From Alphaproteobacteria bacterium (GTDB lineage Bacteria > Pseudomonadota > Alphaproteobacteria > Rs-D84), in contig JAFWZK010000045.1 of the NCBI GenBank assembly GCA_017522445.1, positions 1 through 55,392 on the forward strand: DNA of 55,392 bases. Reading direction: 5' to 3'. The position numbers and the translations under genes are program-made. The notes below the pieces were generated by a model. That model did no database searches, was not told where the DNA came from, and saw only the letters and a list, made by a program, of their open reading frames with translations. Below, one piece after another: positions 9,001-18,443 of this stretch (positions are counted from its first letter, which is position 1; every line of letters begins with the position of its first letter).

Positions 9001-11325
9001 TTATTTGGATGGTGGGGTATAGGGACGTTTTAACTTCTCGTACGAGGCGTTAATGTCGGCGGATTTTTCCTGGTTTTCTTCGCCCGAGTTTACCAACTGA
9101 TTACCAACAAGCGTCGCAACCGAACCAATGCCAGCCGCCATAGCGCCAGTCTTTAATTTCTGGGCGGTGTCAGACTGACGTGATGCCCAGGCGGCAGCAT
9201 CCTCACCGCTGGGGTCCATAATCGCACGGGCCAATGATGTGTATGTCCCAGTCGTAATGCCGTCCGATATGTCGTCGTATAAACCTGATGTCGCAGAATC
9301 CAATATGGGTTCAGATTCTATGCCTGGGCGTATGTCCAGTGCCGCTTTGCGGGCCTTGAGATTGTTGGCCAGATTGACGTATTCACCATATAAACCAATC
9401 AATTCATTGCCGCCAGGTAATTCGTTGTCGGTTGTGCCACCAGATACACTGCCACCACCGTAATCGCAACTGAATGTCGACAGGTATGTACGCATCGCAA
9501 GTTCTGCATCAGCGTCGGCGTTCTTTTCAGCCATGGCAGATGCCATTTGCATGCCACCAATACCAACCGACGCCATGCCCGCGGCACCCAGGGCCTTGTT
9601 CTCGGTGGAGTTTTCGCGTTCATGCATTTTGTCCGCGTTTTCAGACAGTCTGGCAATCTTTTCTTGCGAGTCCTTTTCGCTTAATACACTTTTGGCAACA
9701 CATTTTGTGCCGTCAGCGTCAGGTTCATAGCCGGTCTTGCAGGCGTTGATTATGCATACCAGTTTGTTGTTAACCGTTTCGTATGTGGCATCAGTTGCAT
9801 TATTGTCGGTCGAAGTGCAGGGGGTACGTTTCAGACCGGTGCATTTGTTGCCTTGGGCGTCCAGTTTGTATTCGTCGTTGATGCATTCGGTGATTTTGCA
9901 GTAGGGTTTACCGTCACGACAATCCATTGTGCCGGATTTTGCATTTTTGGGCAGGTATTTTTCATCGCATGAGCGACCTTCTTGTGGCCAGCCCTCGCAC
10001 TTGCCATCAATAACATCGTAACCACATTTGCATGATATGGCAACGCATTCGCCTGTGTCGTCCGTGATGCCGGTTTCGGTTGCGTTCTCGTGTGATTGAT
10101 TCTGGGCCGCAGTACATTTTTTTCCTTTCTTGATACACGATTCACCGTCAACGGCAGGGGTATAGCCGTCTTGACATTTTTTGACCTCGCAAATTTCAAG
10201 TTCGCCGTCACATGTTCTGTACAGTTCGGTGGCATGCTTGATTGTTTTGCTGCATTCATTTGCAGACATTTTTATACAATTGTTACCATCTTTTTTATAG
10301 CCACATGCACATGTTTTTGCCATACAAACCAGGTCGTTGCCTGACATCTTGTATGTGCCATCGGTAATTAATTCGTCTGAGCACGATTTGCCAACCTGGT
10401 CGACGCATGTATTGTTTTCCAGTTTGTATCGTGGGGTTATGCATGCGGTTGGTATACATTGGCCACCCTGGCCGTTGGGGTTGGATTTAAAATCAGCCGC
10501 TGTGGCATTTATGTCAGTTAACTTTTTCCCTGTGCAATAGCTGGCCTCGGTGGTTGCCTCAGCTATTTCTGCTGGGGAATCCTGCAGGTATATTGTTCCA
10601 ATGTCTGGGGCTGCATTGGTTTCATAGTTCTGGTATCCCAGCATTTGGATGGTAATCGTGGCGTTGGCCGGTATATTATGTAATTCGAATGTTCCATCAT
10701 CCCTGGTATCGCGGCATGCGTCCCAGGTTTCTTTTCCAGTTTGACATACAGTGGCACCAACTGCAGGCAAGTTATCAGGATCCATTACCGTTCCGCGGAT
10801 TGTTTTCAACACGGTATCTGCATCGCCGGCAGAGGCGGAAGCTGATGCGTCTGCTGAATCTGTTTCTGGTTGTTGTGAATCGCCGGCAGAAGCGGAAGCT
10901 GATGCGTCTGCTGAATCTGTTTCTGGTTGTTGTGCATCGCCGGCAGAGGCGGAAGCTGATGCGTCTGCTGAATCTGTTTCTGGTTGTTGTGATTCCTGGA
11001 CGACGGCAGTGGAATTTGAAATCGCATCGAAATTTCCGTCGCAGTAATTCTTGACGTCTTGGTCCATCTGAGCTCGGTCAATTCCTGGTTTGGTTTCGTT
11101 ATTGCAGTAAAAAGTGGTGTACATGGTTCCATCTTCTAGTTCGCATTCGATACCACCCCCCCATTTGTTGCAATAGCGTTCAATTAATATGTCGCTGAAA
11201 TCTGATTTTTTTTTCATTTGTTCCATTCGCGCATCTATGTCATTCTTCGCCAAAGCGGGTGTGGCGAAAAGTGGGAAAATGCAAAAAAATCTTATTATTT
11301 TTTTCATGTTGTTGTTAGACGTCAT
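9001..11325 (-). CDS. Secreted modular protein: 19-aa tandem repeats, a CarboxypepD_reg-like beta-sandwich, six Cys modules (C-x3-C-x2-GY-x5-G-x-C) and a glycine-zipper C-terminal region
   Basis: Signal peptide MKKIIRFFCIFPLFATPALA. QQPETDSADASASASAGDx occurs 3 times. IRGTVMDPDNLPAVGATV...DGTFELHNIP...ITIQMLGYQNYE is present. Modules repeat in the form CEVKKCQDGYTPAVDGESC. ALGAAGMASVGIGGMQMASAMA and TGAMAAGIGSVATLVG are present. Confidence 0.8.
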   Translation of the reverse strand: MTSNNNMKKIIRFFCIFPLFATPALAKNDIDARMEQMKKKSDFSDILIERYCNKWGGGIECELEDGTMYTTFYCNNETKPGIDRAQMDQDVKNYCDGNFDAISNSTAVVQESQQPETDSADASASASAGDAQQPETDSADASASASAGDSQQPETDSADASASASAGDADTVLKTIRGTVMDPDNLPAVGATVCQTGKETWDACRDTRDDGTFELHNIPANATITIQMLGYQNYETNAAPDIGTIYLQDSPAEIAEATTEASYCTGKKLTDINATAADFKSNPNGQGGQCIPTACITPRYKLENNTCVDQVGKSCSDELITDGTYKMSGNDLVCMAKTCACGYKKDGNNCIKMSANECSKTIKHATELYRTCDGELEICEVKKCQDGYTPAVDGESCIKKGKKCTAAQNQSHENATETGITDDTGECVAISCKCGYDVIDGKCEGWPQEGRSCDEKYLPKNAKSGTMDCRDGKPYCKITECINDEYKLDAQGNKCTGLKRTPCTSTDNNATDATYETVNNKLVCIINACKTGYEPDADGTKCVAKSVLSEKDSQEKIARLSENADKMHERENSTENKALGAAGMASVGIGGMQMASAMAEKNADADAELAMRTYLSTFSCDYGGGSVSGGTTDNELPGGNELIGLYGEYVNLANNLKARKAALDIRPGIESEPILDSATSGLYDDISDGITTGTYTSLARAIMDPSGEDAAAWASRQSDTAQKLKTGAMAAGIGSVATLVGNQLVNSGEENQEKSADINASYEKLKRPYTPPSK

Positions 11326-11327
11326 TT

Positions 11328-12932
11328 TTAATCACCGGTTGTTTCACGCTTGGGTATTTCCCGTAGCTTTGTTATTTCAGGTGGACGAACCGTTGTGTTT
11401 GGTGCATTTTGTGCCTTGATTTTATCGCCGGTTTTTTTCAAAAATTCCTGGCGGTTTTCTTCGGCCTGTTCCTGTTTTTGCTTTTTGTTTAATTTCGGTG
11501 TTTTCGTTTTAGATGATTTGGCGTCAGATGATTTGGTGTCAGACGATTTGGCGTCAGATGATTTGGCATCAGACGATTTGGCATCAGACGATTTGGCGTC
11601 AGACGATTTAGCGTCAGATGATTTAGCGTCGGACGATTTAGTGTCAGATGATTTGTTAACGGCCGCATTGGGATTAGAGCCGGGATATAATTCACTGTGT
11701 TCGTCCTGGGCATCTTTTAATGCAGTATCTGCACGATGACGATCAATGGCACGATCAATCGCACCCGAGGTCAACGCACCAACACCCATGCCAACCCCAG
11801 AACCCAACATCGCAGCTGATGCAGATTTCTGTTCGCGGGTTAAACGCAGTGCGTTTTCGCGGAATGTCGTTATGTCTATGCCAAACCAATTTGGTTCACA
11901 GTTGAATGTAGAACCAGCATATGCCTTTTTAGATGCATAGAGTGTTTTGTCGTCGCCTGCATAAAAATTGACAGTGTAAACACAGTCCAGCGTGCGTTCG
12001 TCAAACATCGCACCAATCCGTTCACAGGTTTCACGCATCAGGTCACGTAATTCGTAAAGCCGCTGTTCGTCACGGGCAACCTGTTTTTCGGCATCGATAC
12101 GCAGGGTGCCAAATACGTCCATAACACGCGATGCCAGACCACTGTCCATTTCGGTGCATGATTTGGCAATCTTGTCACATTTTTTTATCGCCTGGTCACC
12201 CGCAGATTTGCCCAGACATTTGTCAAAAAATGTGCCACATTCCGTGATAATGCAATTGTTATATTGATTGCCACAGTCAATTATTTTGTTATAGCCAGAT
12301 ATTTTTGCGTTCATGTCCCGGTCTGCACGAATCTGTTCGGTGAATAATTTGTATTCCTGGCCGGTGCATGATAAATCGCGACGACATTCGTCCAACTTGG
12401 TTCCGAACATGGTTTCTGTGTCGCCCGCACACTTGGTAAAATCGGTTCCACATTTTTCCGCCATACAGGCACGCAGATTCGCATCACATGCGTTTTTCCC
12501 ACCAGATTTGGCCGCCTGATTTTGTGCATTTACCGCATCCGCAGCATCCAGTGCCGCACGCTGGGCACGAATTTGCTGGGCCAGTGTGTCAGACCCCGCG
12601 GATGTGTTGGTGGTTGTGCCCAAAATTTCGTCAAAGGTTGATGATTTGTCTTCTATGATAATCTGGGTATCTGTGTCGGATGTATCAACCTGGGGGGGAA
12701 CAGAAATGACCGTGTCTGTGTTTGACTGAACTGTTTCAATTGTTTCTGTTGTTTCTGGTTCCGTTGTCTGTGGGGCGGTCGTCTGCAGTGCCATTGTCGG
12801 TACGCGTGAAGCTGCAGATGTCTTGCGCTGGGTGCGGGAAACAACCGCGGCATCGGTCGAACCGGTTATCCAGAAAAGCCCGCAAATCGCAGTGATAATG
12901 TATGTCGATAAGATTCTTGTCTGTGTATTCAT
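11328..12932 (-). CDS. Secreted Cys-rich protein with a glycine zipper and a (KSSDx)~10 C-terminal repeat
   Basis: The N-terminus MNTQTRILSTYIITAICGLFWITGSTDAA is signal-like. It contains ACDANLRACMAEKCGTDFTKCAGD, SAAMLGSGVGMGVGALTSGA, and KSSDTKSSDAKSSDA... Its stop lies 2 nt before the next gene's start. Confidence 0.8.
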   Translation of the reverse strand: MNTQTRILSTYIITAICGLFWITGSTDAAVVSRTQRKTSAASRVPTMALQTTAPQTTEPETTETIETVQSNTDTVISVPPQVDTSDTDTQIIIEDKSSTFDEILGTTTNTSAGSDTLAQQIRAQRAALDAADAVNAQNQAAKSGGKNACDANLRACMAEKCGTDFTKCAGDTETMFGTKLDECRRDLSCTGQEYKLFTEQIRADRDMNAKISGYNKIIDCGNQYNNCIITECGTFFDKCLGKSAGDQAIKKCDKIAKSCTEMDSGLASRVMDVFGTLRIDAEKQVARDEQRLYELRDLMRETCERIGAMFDERTLDCVYTVNFYAGDDKTLYASKKAYAGSTFNCEPNWFGIDITTFRENALRLTREQKSASAAMLGSGVGMGVGALTSGAIDRAIDRHRADTALKDAQDEHSELYPGSNPNAAVNKSSDTKSSDAKSSDAKSSDAKSSDAKSSDAKSSDAKSSDTKSSDAKSSKTKTPKLNKKQKQEQAEENRQEFLKKTGDKIKAQNAPNTTVRPPEITKLREIPKRETTGD

Positions 12933-12959
12933 TCCTTGTGCCTTGTCCTGCGATAGTCG

Positions 12960-13823
12960 TTAGTTAATGGTTTGGCAGGCAACCTGGTAAAATTGGCAAA
13001 GCTGGACTGCCATAGAGCGTTCCGATTCGTTCCCGTCACCACAGCCGTTGCGCATGTTGTTTCTGCATACTGTTTCAACACATGCGTCGCGGGCGGCATT
13101 GTTGCTGCAACCATTTTTTATGTTTGTTAACTTTTTTTCACGTGCGGCGGTGTATGTTTCAACCGTCTGTGCCAACATTCTTTCTGCGTTCTTAATCGCG
13201 TTGTCGCGTTCGGATATTAAATCTGCACGTACAGATGAAATGTGATTGTCGCAACCAGCTGATTCAACCGCACAGCCCGAGAAAAAATTGTCAAAATCTG
13301 AATCAGATTCGCAATTGCGATAGTCTGACATGCAGCGTGCGTCTGATATCATGCATAACTGAATCGTTGACATGCATGTCGTTTTGGTCTGTTCGCGGGA
13401 TGATGATTCAAGTGTACGATTCAACTGGGCAGATACACCCGCCGCACGACATGATTGTTCAATCAGACTGTCGTATGTTTCTGATACGTCATCAGGGGTG
13501 CATCCTGATACCTTTTTTATACACTGGTTCGTTGCCCAGGCATAACGCTGGCCCGGGTCAGATGGTGCGGATTTTAATTCCTTGTCCGATATGTTGTATT
13601 TTGTGGATGAACCAACCGATACAGAACGCATCGCGTTCCGTGGCGGCGTTCCTGCACCAGATGTGCCACAGTACTGACAACGGGCAGATGCGTTCGACGA
13701 GGCGTTTATCGCACATACAGAATCCAAACAACGCGTCAGATTCGCACGTGAACATGAAACAGCCGCATGCACACCACCAGAAATCATCAGGGCAGGTATT
13801 AAAAATAAAATGTATGCTTTCAT
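12960..13823 (-). CDS. Small secreted Cys-rich protein (short member of the same family)
   Basis: Signal peptide MKAYILFLIPALMISGGVHAA. It contains CSRANLTRCLDSVCAINASSNASARCQYCG and many paired Cys through to the C-terminus. Confidence 0.75.
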   Translation of the reverse strand: MKAYILFLIPALMISGGVHAAVSCSRANLTRCLDSVCAINASSNASARCQYCGTSGAGTPPRNAMRSVSVGSSTKYNISDKELKSAPSDPGQRYAWATNQCIKKVSGCTPDDVSETYDSLIEQSCRAAGVSAQLNRTLESSSREQTKTTCMSTIQLCMISDARCMSDYRNCESDSDFDNFFSGCAVESAGCDNHISSVRADLISERDNAIKNAERMLAQTVETYTAAREKKLTNIKNGCSNNAARDACVETVCRNNMRNGCGDGNESERSMAVQLCQFYQVACQTIN

Positions 13824-13954
13824 ATTCTCTCGCTTAGGGGCATTATATCAAAAACACTTTTTTATGTAAATGAAAAATTAAATAAACAACTTGACAAAAC
13901 ATTATTGTTTGTCTATATTTAGTGTGCGATAGTAAAAAAACAAAAGGATTTTAA

Positions 13955-14683
13955 ATGGCAAGAACAAGAAATTGGTGGGTTATACATACTGCAGCCGGTG
14001 TGGCGGCGGTACTGTTGACCGTGTTTGGGGTTGCACAGTGCAGCCAGAAAAACAATGAACAATTTGAAAAAAAATCATTGAACAATACGCTGAATGAATA
14101 TAAGCAAGTGTTGGATTCTGCCACGGTGCATATCAAGCGGGTTAATGATGCAAATAAACGTTTGGGTGATGATAATCGGGCCAAGGCAGATACAATCAAG
14201 ATGCAACGCGATTCAATCATCGTGCTGAATGATTCGCTGGATGTGGTAAATGCAAAATTGAAAGATTGTCGCAATTCTGGGAAAAAAGCGGCACCAGTTA
14301 AGCCAAAACCACAACCAAAGCCACAACCAAAACCACAACCAAAGCCACAGCCAAAGCCACAGCCAAAGCCACAGCCAAAAGATACTGTGTGTGTGGTTGT
14401 GTTGCCGGAAAAAAAGCTGCCTGAATACTGCCCGCCACACAATGCAAAGAATGTGGTGGTGTTGGACTCGGCAAAAAATAACGGTAATGTTGTTGTTGAA
14501 AAGAATGCCTGTGGTAATACAGAGGTTACATTGAAAAACGGCGCAGTTAATAATGGTAATATCGTTGTCGGTGATAATAATAATGTTGTTATCAATCGAC
14601 AAGATTCTGTTATTAGATTTATAAAAACGCGTGAAATTATTATTGAATGCGAATTCCAGACAACACGTCGCGTTTATAAATAA
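13955..14683 (+). CDS. Membrane-anchored coiled-coil protein with a (KPQP)n repeat
   Basis: RBS aaagga. N-terminal TM segment WWVIHTAAGVAAVLLTVFGVA, a heptad-like region, and KPKPQPKPQPKPQPKPQPKPQPKPQPK. Confidence 0.7.
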   Translation: MARTRNWWVIHTAAGVAAVLLTVFGVAQCSQKNNEQFEKKSLNNTLNEYKQVLDSATVHIKRVNDANKRLGDDNRAKADTIKMQRDSIIVLNDSLDVVNAKLKDCRNSGKKAAPVKPKPQPKPQPKPQPKPQPKPQPKPQPKDTVCVVVLPEKKLPEYCPPHNAKNVVVLDSAKNNGNVVVEKNACGNTEVTLKNGAVNNGNIVVGDNNNVVINRQDSVIRFIKTREIIIECEFQTTRRVYK

Positions 14684-14709
14684 TAAATGTGGATTGATGA
14701 TAAAAATAT

Positions 14710-14735
14710 GGCCTGCAATCGCAGGCCTGTTTTTT
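14710..14735 (+). terminator. Rho-independent terminator
   Basis: Hairpin ggcctgc-aatc-gcaggcc followed by a T-run. Confidence 0.75.
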
Positions 14736-14803
14736 ATACTTTTTTTGGCTGGACATAGAAAATGTTTTTGTGCTAGGATTTGTTTAGACAGAGAGAATAT
14801 TCG

Positions 14804-17800
14804 ATGAAGTTTATCAGATTATTAATTGTTTCATTGTTTTTTTCACCTTTGGTTGCGTCTGCGGCAGGTAATGACTTTATGCTGGCGGCACAGCTGTTGG
14901 CGGCGGCGAAAAGTGCCGATATCCAACAGGTTCAAGCGTTGGTTAATAATGGGGCGGATGTTAACTTTGTTGATTCAACAGGCGTGTCGATTGTGTGTAC
15001 GGCACTGATGAATAATGATGTGCGGGCGGCACAAATACTGCAAATGTATGGGGCCGATGCATCACAATGTGACCGGCAGATTAAACAGTATAAACAAAGA
15101 AATAAACCCAGGGTCGATACAGGTGGATTGTTCAGTGGACTGTCGTCCGCCCAGGGTATGACATTAGCGGCGGCGGGGGCCGCCGTTGTCGCAGGTGGAT
15201 TGTTCCTGTTGACAGATGTGCTGGATCCGGGAAATGATAACCAACCACCTTCTTCGGGTGGGGACAGGCCAAATAATAACCCAGGTGGTGACGGAAGTGG
15301 CAGTGGTGATTCAAACGAGGCCTTTGCAAAGTTGCCGTATGGACCGGCATGTGATTCAAAAACAGGAATATGCAATGATGTTGACGAGTGGAGCCCGTCT
15401 GCAGATAATGTGCGAAAGTGGGATTTCGATTATATGAAGCCCTTTAACTATTTGCTGATGACGTATGCATATAATGCGTTTGCACGTGGTTATTTGGGAC
15501 TGGGGGCGATTCGTATTTCAACAGATAAAACACCTTTCGATTTGGCCAGCTTGCCATGGGTTGGTGATGTGCCTGGTGGTGGAAAACCCGCTGCTGTGGC
15601 CATGGTCACGCAAAATGGTGTTAATCCAACAGGCAGTTTGGTTGATGGATATCTGACATGGGTTGATGAAACGCAGATAAAAAATATTCAATCTATTTGT
15701 ACACAATATGGTTCCGCGTCAGTCAATTGTCAGGACGCTATGGCAAATGCAATAAAAATATCTCGCAAATTTATAAACAGAACAAATATGACCGACCTGA
15801 ATGATACAACCGAAGAAACAGGGTTTGACTTTTCTGGACATGGAACTGTTTTTGGAAATGCCAGCGATGCAGAAACACTGGATGGTAAAATAATCGCAGG
15901 GTGGGAATATGGTGGTCGTGCAACCGGTGATGCATACGGGTTTGTGCCAAATGGAACATTGGCTGTTTATCGTACGGGTGGCGGTTTGGCAAAAAATCAA
16001 ACGGTTGGTACTGTGACAAATGCGTCAGATGCCAAAACCTGGACCAATGATGATACAATAACTGTAAGTGGAACAGAATATAAAATTACATTGGCAACAG
16101 GCGGAACATTTACGGCGGTTAATGTCGCAGACGATTCGGATGTTCTGTATGGTACCAATAATGGAAACGTGTTAAGATTTGAATTAAATGATACCCTGTA
16201 CGAGGCATACTTTGCCGGTGAGGTTAATTCTTTGAAACAAATTGATGTTATGAATTATTCCGCTATGTTGGGGGCCGCACAGAAAAATGTTGTTAGTGTA
16301 ATTGCCAATATAGCACAAAACCCGGCATCAATGGATGTGTCCTATGTCGATTTAGATGGAATCGCAAATTTGGTAAGTGTCGCCCCGCAAGATGCCGGAA
16401 AGAAAAATGCTTTTGCAGGGGTGATAAATCACTACTATAATTTGGATACGTCAGATGATGCGTCTGTTGATAAACCTGGTGCCGTTGCAAATAATTTGTT
16501 TGAATGGATTGGAAATAATCAGAATCAAATAATTGTAAACTCGACTGGTGCGTTTGAAGTTGGTCTGGGGGCAGGGATGTCCACCGCTACGCTGGATGCA
16601 ACGTTTGAAAACTTTGCACCTGTGTTGTATCCGAATTTGGAACATTTGTTTGTATCGGTCGTGGCGGTTCAGACAGAAAAAGGAACATCGGGAATCGATT
16701 CTGTGTCTGGCTATACGGGACCTGATTCGGCAACGGGTAAAATAAAATTGTCACAATGGCAAACAGGACTGAACGATAATGGTACACCAGATGACCAAAC
16801 AGATGATTATTATGAACATTTGTATTCGGCACGTAAATGTGGCTCGGCAGGTTTGGCGATTAATGGTGTTGACCCATGGTGTTTTGCCGCACCAGGCATA
16901 AATGCAGAAAATGCTGTGGCTGCAATGGCGGGCGGAATCGCAAGTGTTCAGTCGGCATTTTCATATCTGAGCAACCAGGACGTATTTTCATTGCTGGCAC
17001 TGACCGCAGATGGTGCATATCTGGGAACAAATCCTGGGACAGGACGTTCGTGGGCCAGTGAATCAGAATTGGTTGCATATCTGAAGGAAAGGTATAATCT
17101 GCCGGGTGATTATTCTTCTGACCTGATGACTGATGCACAGTATTTAAGTGCATTTAAAGAAGTCTTTGGCTATGGGTTGATAAATATAGAACGGGCAACG
17201 CGACCAGGTACAACAATTTACTTTTTTAATGGTGATAGTATAGTGTCTGGGGATGGTAATGCGTATTGGCGTGCAGCCGCAAATACTGTGTTCAGATCAT
17301 CGTCTGTGTTAAACCTGGGGGGGGCGACAATTTCTGTGCCGTTCTTTGATGTGTTGACCAGTGCAGATGCTGATATCGTTTTGCCACGTGTTTGGGAAAA
17401 TACAATTCAGATGGGGAATAATGACAGGCATGCATTATATATGGGGGATATGCTGGGGGAATTGGCAACCAAAAAAGATGTCCTGAAACGTACCCAGATG
17501 GGCAGGATGGGAATCGAAATGGCCTTTGCACAGCGTGCATATGATGATAATAAAAATGGCCTGGACAGTTTTAAGTTAGATTTTGATGCGGGAAAGTGGG
17601 ATTTTGCAGCGTCATATCAACACCACCTGACAGACGGTGTTTCACGGTTTGATGGAACCGCCCATCCAATTTTGGGATTGGTTTCAAATGCCGTTGTGTC
17701 AGATGTTGTTTATCACCAGGGTAACTGGGCGTTTGGTGGTCGTGTGTTTTCTGGTGCAATTACAGACGAAGGATTGTTGGAAAACGATCCGACCATTTCT

Positions 17801-18439
17801 GCACAGTATCTGCCAGCAACGCTGGGGTTGATGAGAGGGGGACAGTCACACATCGAATGGGATAATCAAAAGGTTTCTTTTGCGGTTGCACTTGGTGCCG
17901 CAAATGAAACAGATACTTTGCTGGGGGCACAGACTGGCGGGTTGTTTAATCTTGGTAATGGTGATACTGTATATGTGGATTCGACTGTGCAATATCGTGT
18001 TTGTGATTCTGTAAATCTGATGGCACGGGCAACATTCGCACGAACAAATGCACACGCACCTGGGCAGTTTATAGTCGGGGTGTCGGATATTGAATCAAAT
18101 GCATTTGCATTCGGTGCAAATATTGGAAATTTAGAGTTCGCACTGGCACAGCCATTGGCAATAACAGATGGGGCTTTGCAATATGCACGGGCGGACTTTG
18201 ATGTTGTGAAACTGGGGGACAGTAAATACGATATTGTGTTGCGTGACGCAGGAATTGAAGATATTGATTTGCATGCAGACAAGCGAGAATTGCGTTTTTC
18301 TGGAACATATCGTCATAATATCGGTGCCTTTACAGATGCGGCGTTTGGATTTGTTTATCGGATAAATCCAAATAATACAGATGACTTTGGTAACGAGTCT
18401 GTATTCATGTTAAAATTAACACACACATTGGGAATCTAG
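14804..18439 (+). CDS. Large secreted protein with N-terminal ankyrin repeats and a C-terminal region showing outer-membrane beta-barrel-like alternation (autotransporter-like)
   Basis: ATG 14804 gives MKFIRLLIVSLFFSPLVASAAG. The ankyrin signature is ALVNNGADVNFVDSTGVSIVCTALMNNDVRAAQILQMYGADAS. A Gly/Asn/Pro linker follows. The last ~300 aa alternate hydrophobic and polar residues and end ...AAFGFVYRINPNNTDDFGNESVFMLKLTHTLGI. Confidence 0.7.
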   Translation: MKFIRLLIVSLFFSPLVASAAGNDFMLAAQLLAAAKSADIQQVQALVNNGADVNFVDSTGVSIVCTALMNNDVRAAQILQMYGADASQCDRQIKQYKQRNKPRVDTGGLFSGLSSAQGMTLAAAGAAVVAGGLFLLTDVLDPGNDNQPPSSGGDRPNNNPGGDGSGSGDSNEAFAKLPYGPACDSKTGICNDVDEWSPSADNVRKWDFDYMKPFNYLLMTYAYNAFARGYLGLGAIRISTDKTPFDLASLPWVGDVPGGGKPAAVAMVTQNGVNPTGSLVDGYLTWVDETQIKNIQSICTQYGSASVNCQDAMANAIKISRKFINRTNMTDLNDTTEETGFDFSGHGTVFGNASDAETLDGKIIAGWEYGGRATGDAYGFVPNGTLAVYRTGGGLAKNQTVGTVTNASDAKTWTNDDTITVSGTEYKITLATGGTFTAVNVADDSDVLYGTNNGNVLRFELNDTLYEAYFAGEVNSLKQIDVMNYSAMLGAAQKNVVSVIANIAQNPASMDVSYVDLDGIANLVSVAPQDAGKKNAFAGVINHYYNLDTSDDASVDKPGAVANNLFEWIGNNQNQIIVNSTGAFEVGLGAGMSTATLDATFENFAPVLYPNLEHLFVSVVAVQTEKGTSGIDSVSGYTGPDSATGKIKLSQWQTGLNDNGTPDDQTDDYYEHLYSARKCGSAGLAINGVDPWCFAAPGINAENAVAAMAGGIASVQSAFSYLSNQDVFSLLALTADGAYLGTNPGTGRSWASESELVAYLKERYNLPGDYSSDLMTDAQYLSAFKEVFGYGLINIERATRPGTTIYFFNGDSIVSGDGNAYWRAAANTVFRSSSVLNLGGATISVPFFDVLTSADADIVLPRVWENTIQMGNNDRHALYMGDMLGELATKKDVLKRTQMGRMGIEMAFAQRAYDDNKNGLDSFKLDFDAGKWDFAASYQHHLTDGVSRFDGTAHPILGLVSNAVVSDVVYHQGNWAFGGRVFSGAITDEGLLENDPTISAQYLPATLGLMRGGQSHIEWDNQKVSFAVALGAANETDTLLGAQTGGLFNLGNGDTVYVDSTVQYRVCDSVNLMARATFARTNAHAPGQFIVGVSDIESNAFAFGANIGNLEFALAQPLAITDGALQYARADFDVVKLGDSKYDIVLRDAGIEDIDLHADKRELRFSGTYRHNIGAFTDAAFGFVYRINPNNTDDFGNESVFMLKLTHTLGI

Positions 18440-18443
18440 GGTT

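Noticed and set aside
13951-14602. 214-aa and 129-aa minus-strand ORFs opposite the 13955..14683 gene
   Set aside because: They are mirror-frame artefacts of the KPQP repeat (giving GCGFGCGF / LWLWLW peptides). The plus-strand gene has an RBS, a TM anchor and a terminator.
16850-16990. Subtilisin (S8) peptidase domain in the ankyrin/barrel protein (APGINAENAVAAMAGGIASV resembles the G-T-S-x-A-x-P region)
   Set aside because: The catalytic Ser is absent from the motif, and I could not find convincing Asp or His motifs upstream. The similarity is too weak to call.
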